A DNA stretch of 64,000 bases. Source: Vicugna vicugna. Its lineage: Eukaryota. Of the stretch, positions 26,255-39,667 are shown piece by piece. Location: NCBI GenBank assembly GCA_013265495.1, contig MU058844.1:11740184-11804183 (forward strand). Reading direction: 5' to 3'. The position numbers and the translations under genes were made by a program. Every line of letters begins with the position of its first letter. Position 1 is the first letter of the stretch. The notes beneath the pieces were generated by a model. That model had not been told where the DNA came from and ran no database searches. It was given only the letters and a program-made list of their open reading frames with translations.

Positions 26255-28975
26255 AAAAAAGCTGTAATTTTGTACATCCCACTTTATGACTCAAAAATTC
26301 AAGAATGGTAGGCAATGTTGGACAAAGGAGATTAGAAAAATTACAGTGTGGAATTAAGATATGAATCATGCTAATTTTAGTCAGCTTGAAATTTGATCAC
26401 AGGCTGGGTCTTCTGTTGCTATCATAGAACTGATGTGACCAAAAGATCCATGGAGTTCAATCTCATGACTCTTGCACACTTTTCCAGAAATCTCAATACT
26501 GAGAGCTACAAGGTACTATTATAAAATGAACCCATTAAAAGCTCTTGGTAATATCAATATCATCACAAAATATGTAATAGATTCACCAAGGAAATGATTC
26601 AACTCAGCTAGTTTACTTCCCAGTTTTTACTTCAAGGAAAATACTATTTATGAAGTTAAAAAAAATTTCAAGTTGAAGGTTGATTAAAAGTCAGTATTAA
26701 TGAGTCAACAACCCCATAAAATCACTAGGTGGCCTATGGAGGAGGGCAAATTCTAAAGCAAACATGAAATAAACTCTGATAATTTCCTTCTGCTTTTGCT
26801 TTATTTCTTACACCCAATCTGACCCAGTCTCCTTAACACCTCCTGGTCCTTCTTCTCCATTACACTGTAGTCATTCTGGTTCCGCTTTTCATCATCTCTC
26901 ACCCAAATTGCTTTAAAAGTCCTAGAAACTGTCTCTAAGTTAGGCAGGTTAAACATTAAACTATTCTATACACTATAGATAGAGATTGCTTTAAAATGCA
27001 ACTCTGATCAACCAATTTATCTTCCAAACTAAAAATCACATAATAACTCCTACTTGACTTTAGAATAAAAGTTTCCTTATGAAGCCAACTAACTCAGGGG
27101 AAAGCATATTCCATGTATAAGGTACAGGGATAATGACATTTACAAAGGGGCAGGTGTATACTTCACATTCTGAATTTTGAATTCACTGAATATCAAATAA
27201 TTCCGTTTGGTTAGAACATGGTAGGAGATGCATATGAAAAGACTAGAGAGAAGAGGGTAGCAATAAAGTAAGGGTCCTATATAAAGTTAAGAGGGCTGTA
27301 TCAATATTTTTAGGTGAAAGTTAGCTTATTTTTATGTAGGGGACATAAAAATGACAGCTACGGCTAAATTTCTAAACTCTAGCTCTGACGCAGTATGAAG
27401 AATAGTTTCAAACAAAGTAAAACTGAATAAAGGGGGACTACTTGAGAGGCTAACACTTAAGATGTAAGACTTCCATTTTCTGGTGGTAAAATAATTTTTC
27501 ACCCTGTATTTTCTAGAAATTCGCCTTCAAAACAGCACAAAAGTAAAACCAAAACTCAAGTTGTATCTCCCATGACCACAATATACGAATATTGAAAGTA
27601 GATGAAAAAGTGATACATGAGTTAGCCAAGAAGAGTTAAAAACCATCAAGCCCAGAGGAGCCTGCAGAGGGAGGTATCAGAGCGATGCAAATAGATGGTC
27701 CCACAGAACCCCAGAACAGCTCAGGAAGTGTGGGCAACAGACAGAATGGAAGGTGGGGTGAACCAGACATAAGAACTATGCGACTACTTGCCTCCCCCTC
27801 AAACCATCAAGAGCCAGGAAATAGAGGCCAGGGAAAGTCCAGACTTAGAATTACCAGTCAGACAGGAGGGTGGAGGCATAGGGCTGATAACAACAAGGGA
27901 TGAAATGAAATCCTACATACTGATGTTAAGACTCCAGCAACTGTCTTCCCCTTCTAGGCTCTTCCTCCTTCAGAAATGGAAGATTCAATCTCCCCCATCC
28001 TTATACCAGCCAGAACTGGAAAGTCCTTCTGTGACAACAATGATCCCCCAAGACCAAAAGACATCCGCATTCAGCGTACCCAGTGAATCAACCAGCTGGC
28101 CAGTGGACGACCTATAATGACGCCCAGAGGACACTAAGAAATGTGTGTATGTGTGAACATTGCTTTTTAGTGTCTCCCACTGGATACATACAGAGATGAA
28201 GGTCAACGTACATCTGATGAAATCTGCTAAAATAGAACACAGACACCAGATAGGCAGATAAAAAATCAGAATCAAACAGAATCAAAGGCAGGAACAAAAT
28301 GAAACTTCAAGGAAGTTATAATATGGGCATCTCCTACTTATTAGACATCCAAAATTTCCTGGCTTATGGACTTCGGGCCTTCTATGCACAATCCACGTAC
28401 ATGATACAAACCAGAGTTGTGCGATGTGGTAGCCTTGAGAAGTTCATACAAAAGAACTCTAAAAATGTCATTTTTAGGATTTAAGGAAATACAAATATTT
28501 CTTAATTTTGAGAAGATTTAATTTTTGGATACAAAGAAGAAAACTCCTTATGATTATTATTATATTAAAATTCTGGTCCAGGGCACATATATTACTAGTA
28601 ATATATTCCATGTGAAGGGATTAACAGTCTTAAGTAAACATGATTAAACTTCATATACATGCAAATATGTCTTTCTCCATTATTACTGCATTTAATTTTT
28701 CAAGTTCTTTGAGAGTTATTTACAATCTGAGAAAAGAATACACCTAGGCTGGCTACTGTATTTATTTTGACAGATAAAACAAATAATCAACATTGTACAC
28801 ACTCCTACCCACCCCACTGACACTTTTGGTATATAGCTGTCGAATGCATCCCTTAACTTAAGTTTCAAAGTTTGCTGAAACTGAAATTCTACTGATATTT
28901 TCATTTACAACTGCATTTATCTGTTTATACCTTTATATGCAAATTATTAGCTTGGAATGTAATGATATCTCTGTA

Positions 28976-29732
28976 CAGCCATACCTCAGAGATACTGTGG
29001 GTTCAGTTCCAGACCACCTCAATAAAGCAAGTATCTCAATAAAGCAAATCACATGCATTTTTTTAGTTTTGCAGTGCACGTAAAAGCTATGTTTACACTA
29101 TGCTGTAGTCCATTAAGTGTGTGATAGCATTATGTCTGAATAAACAATGTACATACCTTAATCAAAAAATACTTGTGCTATACAGGATAAAGTTGTTGTT
29201 TATCTATTTCATATATGTTAGTATCTGCAAATCTTGATATATACGGTTTAGCACAGGGAATTATATTCAATATCTTGTAGTAATTTATGGTGAAAAAGAA
29301 TATGAAAACAAATACATGTATGTTCCTATATGACTGAAGCATTGTGTAGTACACCAGAAATTGACACATTGTAAACTGACTATACCTCAATAAAAAGATA
29401 TTAAAAATACTTCATTGCTAAAAAATGCTAACCATCATCTGAGCCTTCAGTGAGTTGTAATCTTTTTGCAATAGGGAACATCAAAAATCTCTGATCATAG
29501 ATCACCATAGCAAATGTAATAATCCTGAAAAAGGCTTAAATACTGTAAGAATTACCAAAATGTGATACAGAGATACCAAGTAAGCAAGTGCCATTGGGAA
29601 AGTTTGATGCAGTGTTGCCATAAACCTTCAATTTGTAAAAACAAACAAACAAAACCCCACAAACAAAAACAAACAAACAAATCGTATTATCTGGGAAGCG
29701 CCAATAAAGCAAAACAAAATGAGGTAAGCCTA
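28976..29732 (-). mobile_element. Tigger1 internal-deletion derivative (Tigger1a_Art-like, TcMar-Tigger), interrupted by an L1
   Basis: TIRs cagccatacctc... and ...gaggtaagccta with flanking TA dinucleotides; both Tigger1 ends joined at gttccctattgcaaaaagattac (minus strand). Confidence 0.88.
29175..29402 (+). mobile_element. 5'-inverted (twin-primed) L1 3' end nested in a Tigger1 derivative
   Basis: 29175 to about 29240 is antisense L1 3' UTR and about 29249-29400 is sense 3' UTR with AATAAA. TSD aaaaatactt (29165-29174 / 29403-29412). Confidence 0.88.
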
Positions 29733-30931
29733 TATTTTCATATTGGAAATAGGACATTTTAAGAGGGACAGAAATAGACCTAAATGTAAGGTGACAAGAA
29801 GAGATAGAGTTTACTGTGATGGCTACAGTATGTCCTGATTTTTTTTTTCACTTGCATTTTCTTTTTATAGAGAAAACAATGAAGTCCTAATACCACAGAG
29901 GCATGCATAATCAAATCAAATCAGCCAATATGGACCCAGCAGTGAATATTTCAGAGTGAATTCTACAGAGAATACTACATTTTGTAAATTTTTGGAAAAA
30001 GGTGTTGGACATTACAATTATACAGTGCAATTCTGGTACTAATTTACATTTTTTCACTTCAGTTGCATGTCCACCGCCACCTACAGAACCACAAAAAAAG
30101 GCTACATAGTATTCTTTCTCCAAGATGTAATATCTATGAATAATATTGTTGAGAAGTAGGCACTGTTTTCAGTGTTAAATGGTTTAACTCAGTCAACCCT
30201 CAAAGCTCCCTAAGAGGAAAGTACTATTATTCCATTTTAGACACGAGGATCTTGAAACAGAAAGGTGAAGTATTTTCCTTGGGTCTCAACAGTAAGGGCG
30301 CCAAAGCACCCAGATATTCTGGCTCAGAATCTGTCCTCTTAGCCCACACAAAAGGAAATATTTCATTTATGAGCTCCCTTAATTCCAGCCTCCTACAGTT
30401 ATTTCCACTGCATCTGACACACATCTCAAAATATGGGGGAAAAGCTCCTTTATTCGACTGCTACAACATCTGGCGTGCATAGAATGCTCTATGGGGAATC
30501 CATCCTAACAGCTTGCGAAATTCTCAAACCCAGGTGACAGCATGAGCTAAACTCTGCATATTAAACTGTTACCAAAGAGTATTTTAAAAAAACCATTAAG
30601 AGAACTTTTCATTTTCATACTTTTGGGGGTGGGGGTGGGGGTGGGAAGCACGATACTTGAAATTCTTTTACCTTCTTTTTATCTCAGTCTGATAATTGAT
30701 GTAAACAGTGCAAGTTGAATTCAAGGTAAATATTAGCAACCATCCTTCAAAGGCCAAATAATATGGCAGAAAAATATGTGTAAGAAAATAATAGCAATGA
30801 AACACAAAGTTAGGAAAGAATAAACTTCTATTAGTCTTAGCAGTTCAGTGTTTCTAGGCTTCTGACCTAGGTATTTCCACTCACATGTCAAAAATTAGCA
30901 GAACTGACCGATAGGAACATTTAGCATCGAC

Positions 30932-31117
30932 CAGTAGCTCTCAAAGTATGGTCCCTGGACCAACATCACCAAGGTCATCTAGGAACTTGCTAGAAATGCA
31001 AAATATCAGTCCTCACACTAGATTCACTGACTAGATATTCTGAAGGTGGGGCCAGTAATCTGAGTTTTAACAAACCCTCCAGGTGACTTTGATGTATGCT
31101 AATATTTGAGACCACTG
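30932..31117. mobile_element. MER5A (hAT-Charlie MITE), full length
   Basis: TIRs cagtagctctcaaa / tttgagaccactg; 8-bp hAT-type TSD gcatcgac (30924-30931) / gcatagac (31118-31125). Confidence 0.88.
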
Positions 31118-33078
31118 GCATAGACAATGACGTTCACACATAAAAATAGTTTTATTTCTAATACTTTAAACTGTGTTTAAATATAAAGAGAATCCTATTT
31201 CAATGTAAGTGAAAAGTTATAAAAAGCCCATTGCTTATATAGTATTTTCCCTGTCCTCCTAAACTTCTCTTGCTACCAAAAACAAAAACAAACAAAAAAA
31301 ACCTCACAATGAGCCCAGAAATACTGACTGTAAATACTCTTGGCAAACCATTCATTCCTATGCTAAATGCTTTAAATTTTTAGTGATAAACGTAGGCATC
31401 TATTTCCAAGTTTTTTCAAAATAAAAAAAAATCATTATTTAGAAAGAGGTAAACAAGAAATGGTTTACATTTACTTAGACTGAAAACATTGAACTTGGAA
31501 GCTAAGAGAGCACATTTCCTGCTGGGCTAAAAAACTGCAGTGGAAAGTAATGGAAATAAAAATGCATCACCCCTGGGATACTGATACACCCATCCAGCCG
31601 TCCGCTAGGCTGCAGGAATGAAATGTCTGGGGACAAAAAAAGACTTTACAAAATATTTGTTTTCTTGCCATCTTTTTTTGGTTATTGTTGTTACACAGAT
31701 TCTAAGCAAACACATTATTTGGACGATTTTGTTGATTTCCATTGGGGCAAAGCCTACTTCCATATATATTTGAAATTTCTGAAACCATCATAAATTATAA
31801 TAAAACACACACATATATGTGTGTATATACATGACATATGGTGAGATCTGTCATCTAGTCTGCTGTTTGTTAAGGACACTTTGATGTATTCAATTTTCAT
31901 TCCAATCAGACACAGTTATATCGGCTTCCTGCAGGTAGTTTCTCGCTGGCGATGTGCTATAGCTCCACGTCACCACGGGTAGGGGCTAGAGCCACACCAC
32001 TCCAAGACTGTCAGCCATCAGCAGCTGAAGTGCTACTTTGTCACCCTGCAGTGTAAGCCTACTCACACAATGGGACAACCACATCAGTGGTCTCCTGACC
32101 CCTGAGAAAGCATCAAGATTTTAGAAGTCATCACATTAACCATCACCTTGAAAATCTTCCAATTTCACCCCCAAATCCTTTCAGTTTTTAATTGTACCCC
32201 AACAGCCAGATTGCTAAGGATTCGATATAGATTCCTTACAAGTGATCACACTAAATTAAGTAAAATGGAAAATAAAAATAAAAGTAGGAAAAAAAAAAAA
32301 ACCAAAAAGGCAGACTGCTCACTGTATGTTTTCATACTCTATTTATACACAAATGTAAGGTAGCAAATACAAAATCAAAATTTCTAATTTGGCCAATATT
32401 TACCGTTCAAGCCTCTAAACCGAATTTGACAGTCTTTTTTCCTTTTAAGCTTATTTCAGGGATTTAAATTGTTCCTCAAGACATACGTGAAACACGGTCT
32501 AAAACATTCACCCAATGTGGAACACTCAGGAATAGTTTCTCACTAGGCAGGGAGGTTGATCTCAGTTGATGCTGTTCTCCTACGCCTCTGAGAAAAAAAA
32601 AGTCAAATTTTTGAAGAGTTTCAGAAGTGGCGCCTGGAGTCAGAAATTCTGGGCTCCTTTCCCAGTCCCACCACTTACTACTGGATCTTGAGTTTCCTCC
32701 TTTTTAATGCAGGGATCATATCTTTATCTACCCTGCCTATCTCAGAGGATTACTGTGAGGATTAACTGTAACAGAAAACATTTGCAAAAGCAAAATATAC
32801 AAAATAAGGCATCATTAGCATAATCAATGAAACATGTTACTCATGAATTACATTTAAAAACATATTCCCTCCTAAAATACAGTAATTTCAAAGATGTATT
32901 ACACATGCATATTAAGATCAACTACATTTTTATTTTTTAATTGCATTAATGAGACCCAGAAACTAATTTATTTCCACAAAATGCCCTTATCTTGAATTTC
33001 TTCTCTGTTTGTATCTGATGTATGACTTAGTCTATTCCTAGGAAGGTCATATATCAGCTATATTTTGTCAATGGATAA

Positions 33079-33160
33079 TTTTTTTAATGGAAGTATTGGG
33101 GATTGAACCCAGGACCTTGTGCTAAGCATGCTTTCCACCACTGAGCTATACCCACCCTAC
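33079..33160 (-). mobile_element. Vic-1-like SINE, short-tailed copy
   Basis: Minus strand GGGTGGGTATAGCTCAGTGGTGGAAAGCATGCTTAGCACAAGGTCCTGGGTTCAATCCCCAATACTTCCATTAAAAAAA. TSD caatggataatt (33069-33080) / caatggatcatt (33164-33175). Confidence 0.9.
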
Positions 33161-33309
33161 AGACAATGGATCATTTTTATGAAGAGCTGACCCAACCAAG
33201 GATGCCGTTCTGGCTGCTTCAATGACTAGAAGTATCCCCAATCCCACCCCTTGTCAAAGAACATGTTACATTTTAGCTACTCTTCACCGAAATCGGTGTT
33301 CTATCTCCC

Positions 33310-33725
33310 ATAGCATAGAATACCATCTAGCAAGCAGCTTCTCACAAGGGACTTCATTTCCATCTCTTCTCTCCTTGCATTTAGGTAGGGAAATGGGGAC
33401 TAGTTCTTATGAATAAAATGTCAACTAAGGTGATAGTCATCTCTTCCAAGCCTGGCCCATAAAAATATCCCCTACACCGTTCTCCATCCTTTTTGCCCTC
33501 AGAGCAGCTAGATGTACATATCTAGGAACACAGAAGCCCCAGAATGAAAATGGCAGAGCTTTCATTAGTACAAGTTCTTGAGTGACCAAAACAGAGCATC
33601 CCAACTCCACACTCAACAAGCAGGAAACCTCTTGGATTGTGGGAGTGAGAAATCAACAGCTACTGTGTTAAGCCACTGAAATCCAGGTGTTTGTTACAGC
33701 CTGGCGTTCATTTAAATTACAGAGG
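33310..33725 (+). mobile_element. MaLR LTR (MLT1J-like)
   Basis: aggtagggaaatggggactagttc...tcttccaagcctggccc...ttaagccactgaaatccaggtgtttgttacagc. Confidence 0.6.
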
Positions 33726-35806
33726 CATTCTCCTTGCAGCCGAAGACTCTTCACAGAACGACTCCCCTGTGTCCAAGAATTTGATGACGACTCCAACAGA
33801 GGGGAAGTGGAGATATTCCTAACTTTACTTCCAGAGACCATCGCCCTGTAGCCACAGTCCATCCCAAGGACTTTCTCCTCATACCTTGTAATCTTTTCAT
33901 TTATTCATTTAATGTTTAGCTTCTAAACACTTATTAAGGGCTCTTTATCACTATGTATGCCTCTCTCTTCCTTCTGAAGCTCTGAGTGTGGATCCCCAGC
34001 AGTTCCATTTAACTTGTTGCTACTGGTTTTGGGATGGGAGGATGGGCATAGGTTGGTTAAATTTCCACAGTTGTGATCCTGAGAACTTGGGTTTGAAATA
34101 TAATATTTTGGGTTTAAAAAAAAAGATAAAAACAGGACTAACTACTGAATATATGCAAAATCCTAAATTTGCTTTACAATTTACAAATGGGTCATCTCAT
34201 TTGTTCCCCACAATACTCTTTTCAACTCAAAAGAGTTGAATAGAGTAGGTGTTAAAATTATAGCCCTACTTTATAGATCTACAGGATGGGTAATATGGGT
34301 TTAGGTGCACTGTTCAGGAAAACTAACCATCATTTATAACAGTGTTTCTATGGCAATGGTGATTCCAGATTTCAGTAAAATACATTTTAAAGACTTTGGA
34401 AGACAATCAACCTCTAAATCCATCACTGCCTCTCTTATATTTTAGTTCTAACATTTGTGGGTACGTGTGAAATTAAATTTGATGGCTTATAAGTTACGTA
34501 AAAATACAAGCACTGGTTTTTAAAATTCAGAATTCTTCGCTATCATAATTTGGTTGGTGGAATTCTGGAGTGATATACATTTTTTTTTATATTTCTCAGA
34601 TTGGCTTTAGGTTCGTTATACACCCCTGTGACATTTCTTTATTCTCTTTTTAATGGGCATTTATATGTCAAGAAAATATCATTTATAATATTAATTATAC
34701 TATTTAAAAATAAGAATTAAAATAAATGCCTAATAGGCAAATTATTATCACAAAATTTTACCCTATGAAAAATTAAGTAGCCATAAGGAAAAGAAATTAT
34801 GATGCTTTATATCAAAATTAAATAGTACAATGCAAAAATGCAGAATATAAGAATCTTGAGATGTGAATATAAAAAATACTAGAAGAAAATCTGCATTTCT
34901 CTATATTTAACAAAATTCTGTAATATTATATTTCTTATATCATTAAAATTGATTTCAAAGCATTACCTCACAGGTAGTATAAAAAGAAATAGTAAGAACA
35001 CTTTAACAGCATTTTTTTTTATTTTCTAGAAGAAAGAAGATACAGTGAGACTTTAAATTCAAAGCAGTAATATGAAATCTCATTATTACTTATCACTGGC
35101 ACAGAGAGAAACACAGGTAATAACAGGAATTTGGGACCACAGATAGTTTGAGAGACACATGCCAACAGGGCAAGAGTGAAGCCAATTCTAGACAAAGGTT
35201 GGGGCCACAGTTGGCACGTGGTCTGAAAGGGCAAAGCACTTGAGGATGGCCCATCCAGGTCCAGAAAGTAAGAAACTGATGAGGGATTTTCACAGAAGAA
35301 GAGGAGTCAAGGCAAGAGAACTGAAAATCAAAAGATCAGACAAGAGCCAGCATGTTCCCAAGAGCCCGGTGACCAGAAAAGCAACTAGGAGATCAAATGC
35401 AAAGCACTAGCCTCCAAAAGGGCAGAAAACTTTAAAACAACAACAGCAACAACAGAAACCGCTCTGAGTCACAGCTCAGAGATTTTTAAAACAGAGGCAG
35501 GAAAGTATCCCAGGGTATCTGTTCAGGCATCTTCAGGGAGAGGAGGTTAATTGGAACTGATGGCTGAATTAAGGACCATCTTCAGGGCTGACAGAGGCAG
35601 CAGCATTCTTAAAGCAAATTTGGAACCTCTTGTACTCAAAGCTCATTGACACAAAGATTCAGAGAGAGCTTTGGTCTAATTGCCACAGTTCCCACTAAGT
35701 CAGGAAGGACATTTGTACCAATACAGCATTGACTCCCACATGCTGGGCACTTTACAGGCATTATTTCATTTACCTTCCAAAGGATCCTATGAAACAAGCA
35801 TCCTTA

Positions 35807-35945
35807 TACAATTTACCCTCAGGATTTGTGGATGCAGAACCCACGGCTGCGGAGGGTCAACTATGCAACACCCTTTAAATAAGGGACTCAGTGTTTGTGA
35901 GGGTCCTGGAACCAATCCCTTGCAGATATCGAGGGACCACGGTAT
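35807..35945 (-). mobile_element. Short MER2-like (Tigger) MITE inside a MIR remnant
   Basis: gggtcctggaaccaatcccttgcagatatcgagggaccac is the reverse complement of the MER2 terminus; TA flanks. Confidence 0.7.
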
Positions 35946-36660
35946 TTATTTTACAGGATCAGACCAGTTTCCCAACTTGCCCAAAGTCAATAAATAGCAA
36001 ATAACAAGCCAGCTCTGAAATTGCTCCTCTCTCTCTCCTATACCCATGCATTTTCACTGACACCATACCAATCTTTCTGTTAGTAGAAACAAACGAAAAA
36101 AGTACCATTAAAATTTTTTTGAGATATTTGTCCTGGTACTGTCTTTATATACCCATAAAATAGCTGCTTTCCTTAACAATGCCACTTCAACCCTACGTTT
36201 TTCAGTACATTTTTCATCTTTTCACATTAGAAGGCTCATGTTAACTAAACGGTAAAAGGACTTAGCTATGAGAAAGAACTTACTGTTAAACACTCTTGCC
36301 CAAGTCAGTCCCAAGCTGCAGCTATTAACAGGATTGTTTTCTTTCTTTTCTTTTCTTTTTCTTTCTTTTTTGGCTCTAATATATTTGAATTAATAATGAT
36401 CACAATTTGTCGATTATTCCAGACTGTGAGTGTCTATGACTTAGTACATATGGCTAATTCTGGAGTGCAGGATTATAAAGTATATTATTGCCACATAACT
36501 ACAGTTCTTCAACAGTTCTATCAATAATAAAAGTGAAATCTGATTTTCATCTCTGGAACTTCATCTGTTTTCAGTTGGCATGGACTTAGTAGAACATTGA
36601 CATTTCAAAAATTTCAAATTAAAATTTCAACAAAAAAGAACAATTATAGAATTCCATATT

Positions 36661-36792
36661 TTTTCCCCATTATTTTTATTGAAGTGTAGTTGATTTACAA
36701 TGTTGTATTAGTTTCTGGCATACAGCAGAGTGATGTAGTTATAGATATAAATATATACATATTCTTTTTCATATTCTCTTTCATTACAGGTC
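36661..36792 (-). mobile_element. Short L1 3' end
   Basis: tttttattgaagtgtagttgatttacaatgttg...catattctttttcatattctctttcattacagg is the reverse complement of the L1 3' terminus. Candidate TSD tccatatt (36653-36660 / 36797-36804). Confidence 0.8.
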
Positions 36793-37769
36793 CAGGTCCA
36801 TATTGTAAAAGGATACATGTCCTTAGTTCCTAGATTTACATTAAAAAAAATAATAATTCACATCTTTTCTCAAACTTGTCTATTAGGTTAAGCCTCTGTC
36901 AAAAAGTCTGTTGAGTATTTCACGTACATCTACCCTTAATTTTCAGCTTCTCTATTAGGAGTTGAGCTTTGGGAATGGGTATCCCTTTCATGTTCTCTTG
37001 ATGGGATAATTAGAAGCTCTCTTTTCTAACCAGAATTCTCTACTCAGAAGAACCTACGGACTTCATTCCTTTCTGGACAAGGATTTGAGTAGATAACCCA
37101 ACCGAATGTGAACGATGACCTGTGAAGGTCAAACACTTTCCACATTCACCAGGTAAATCAATTATCAACGTCACCTTATTCTTTGATAATCTTCTTTTTC
37201 TCAACACAAGGAGCATCTCATGTGTAATACTTTAATACAACTTTTTATGACAAACATTGCTGTTAATATCTGGATTTATGTTTGCAAATCAAGGAGAAAG
37301 AAATGGCAAATATTTGACTACCTGAGTGAGAAGTTGTTTGAGTATTGGTACATAAAAGGAAGTTCAAATATTTGTACCTGTCTCCCAGATAGTGCTAATT
37401 TTCACAATATATATTTCTCTAAAACTTTATTTTGACTTTCCACAATACCAAATTAATTGTGTTTCTAGAAAAATGCTATGAAGTATTTCTTTGTTCTATG
37501 AAATTTCTAAGTAAAAAGGTCACTTGGGACTTAATTCATTTGACACTTTTTTGGATTTTTATCTTGTTTTTTTAAACTTATCTTTTCCATTTTCTTCATG
37601 TCCAATATGACACCATTCTCAAAACAAACTCCATTTCTTTTAAGCAAAATAAAATAGCTTGAATTGGATAAAGGAACTGAGAAAATTAAGTACAATATGG
37701 AGCATAGTATTCTTTATTCAAATCTGAATTATGAGTTTCAGGATGCTATTTACATATGCTGAGTAATAG

Positions 37770-38015
37770 TAATGATAATAATAAAATATATGTAGGTCTT
37801 ACCATGTGCTAGGTGCCAAACTATGCTCTACAAAGGTACAGTTAACACAATTTTCAAAACAACACATTAAACGAAGTGTTATTACTGTTATTTACAGATA
37901 AGGAAACTAAGGTTTAGAGGTATTAAGCAATTTGCCGAAATTCACACAGGAAGTAAGTGGCTTAGACTGGGCTCTTCAGAAGCCTAACAAAGGCTGAAAC
38001 TTTAACACTATGCTG
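37770..38015 (-). mobile_element. MIR SINE
   Basis: tttacagataaggaaactaaggtttagaggtattaagcaatttgcc (MIR core, reverse). Confidence 0.75.
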
Positions 38016-39139
38016 TATTTTAAATGCTTTCGATAAATAATGCTTAAAATAGTGGTAAGTTTGAAACTTGCCCTATTTATAGTGCCATTTCCAAAACTGA
38101 AATATAAATGATTGTGCTGTCCTCTGTGGAAATCATCAGTCCCTTCAATCTCTAATCACACAGTCCTGACAATGCAAAAGGTCACCAGGTGACAAGGCTC
38201 CATTACGTTGTCATAAATTGAATAAACAGTGGCCCTTCGAGAAACAGAATTCTGCTGATCTGATCGACTATAAAGCAAAGTGTGTATAATTGTCTCTGAG
38301 AACAGTGTGCATGCAGATTGCCTCAATGAAAACATATCTATCCTCAAAAAAAACCCAGATGTTTGACAAATTAATATGAATTCTACCTTGAAAGATATAA
38401 AGATGCCCCTCAGTGGTCGCTAGGTAACATCTTTTACTTTAAGAAATAAGCTAAATTATAGACTTAGAAATTTTTATAAATTATGTATTTTGGCAAAACA
38501 GGGTTAAAAAGTAAGGCACAAGGCAATGGCTTACTGAGACATGATGTATTCCGTGATGCTCTTCCCAGTTCAACTTATGCAAAGTTGCAATAGTGCTGCC
38601 TGAGTATATTCAGAAGATACTGGTACATAAAAGGACCAACAACAGCTCAAGTCAATACTCCCATATTTGAAGTCTCCCCCTCCACCTCTGCATCAATATT
38701 TGAAGTCTAAATTAACAACATTCATATGGGTCTCCGATGAGGAAGTTTTAAATACCCTGATTCACATCTATTTACTTCATTTGGTGTGACCCATGTTTCA
38801 ATTCATGTGGACACCTGGTCAAGATTTAGCAGAGCAAAGGCATCTTTGATTGCACTTTAACCCTCAGCTCACCTTAATCCATGATTAAGGGCCTGCTCTT
38901 CATGCATCCATTTCTTTTTGCCCACAGACAACAAACATCTGTTCTGTTTATTCTCTTTCTGGCATATGCAAACCCATTCCAAACCTAAGTTTCTCTCCCG
39001 AACTCATTCACTAAGTATACCAATTCTTCCTCTGTCTTGTCTTGGAAAATACTGTTTCTCTCATGATCCCACCAGACCAGCTCTTGGGTTCATTCTTTCC
39101 CCTTCCTTGAATGAATCACCTGGTCAGTTGTATATATTT

Positions 39140-39184
39140 TCTGTGGTAGAGTGTAATAAAGTTATCCTCTCTTCCCATAATGAT

Positions 39185-39231
<47 letters not shown>

Positions 39232-39667
39232 ACTCTCTCACTTTGAATCGGAGCTGGGCATTTGACTGGTTTTGCCCAACATTTCTCTAGCAAACATGAC
39301 ACAATTAGAGCCTGGAAAAGCACTTATACAATGGACCTTGCCTGCTTGCTGCTCTTGGAACTCTGAGCTGCCATGTGAGCAAGCCTAGACCATTCTGCTG
39401 GATGAGGAAAGACTGTATGGAGAGAAGTCCCAGTCACCCCAGTTGTATCAGATAAGGCCATCATGGGCCAGCTTGACAAGAGCCATCCAACCCTCAGGAA
39501 CAGTCACTTAGCTGACCACAAACATGAGTGACCTATGGAACACAGTTAAACTGTCTTGATGAGCCCAAGCCACCTTGTTGATCCACAAAGTTGTGAACTG
39601 AATAAATGCTTGCTGTCTTAAGACCTGGAGTTTGGGGTTGGTTTTAAAGCAAAAGCTACCTGATACA
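39140..39667 (+). mobile_element. MaLR LTR (MLT1F/G/H-like) with (CT)n
   Basis: tgtggtagagtgtaataaag...ctgagctgccatgtgagcaagcc...aataaatgcttgctgtcttaag...aaagctacctgataca. Confidence 0.7.
39189..39229. repeat. (TC)n microsatellite
   Basis: Perfect TC run of about 20 units. Confidence 0.95.

Noticed and set aside
23831..26289. Cluster of ORFs as host genes or an active L1
   Set aside because: They are broken fragments or antisense frames of truncated L1 copies and a SINE; no intact ORF2.
27480..28310. ORF-dense, purine-rich region
   Set aside because: Looks like a degraded ancient L1 5' region, but I cannot assign it confidently and see no coding signal.
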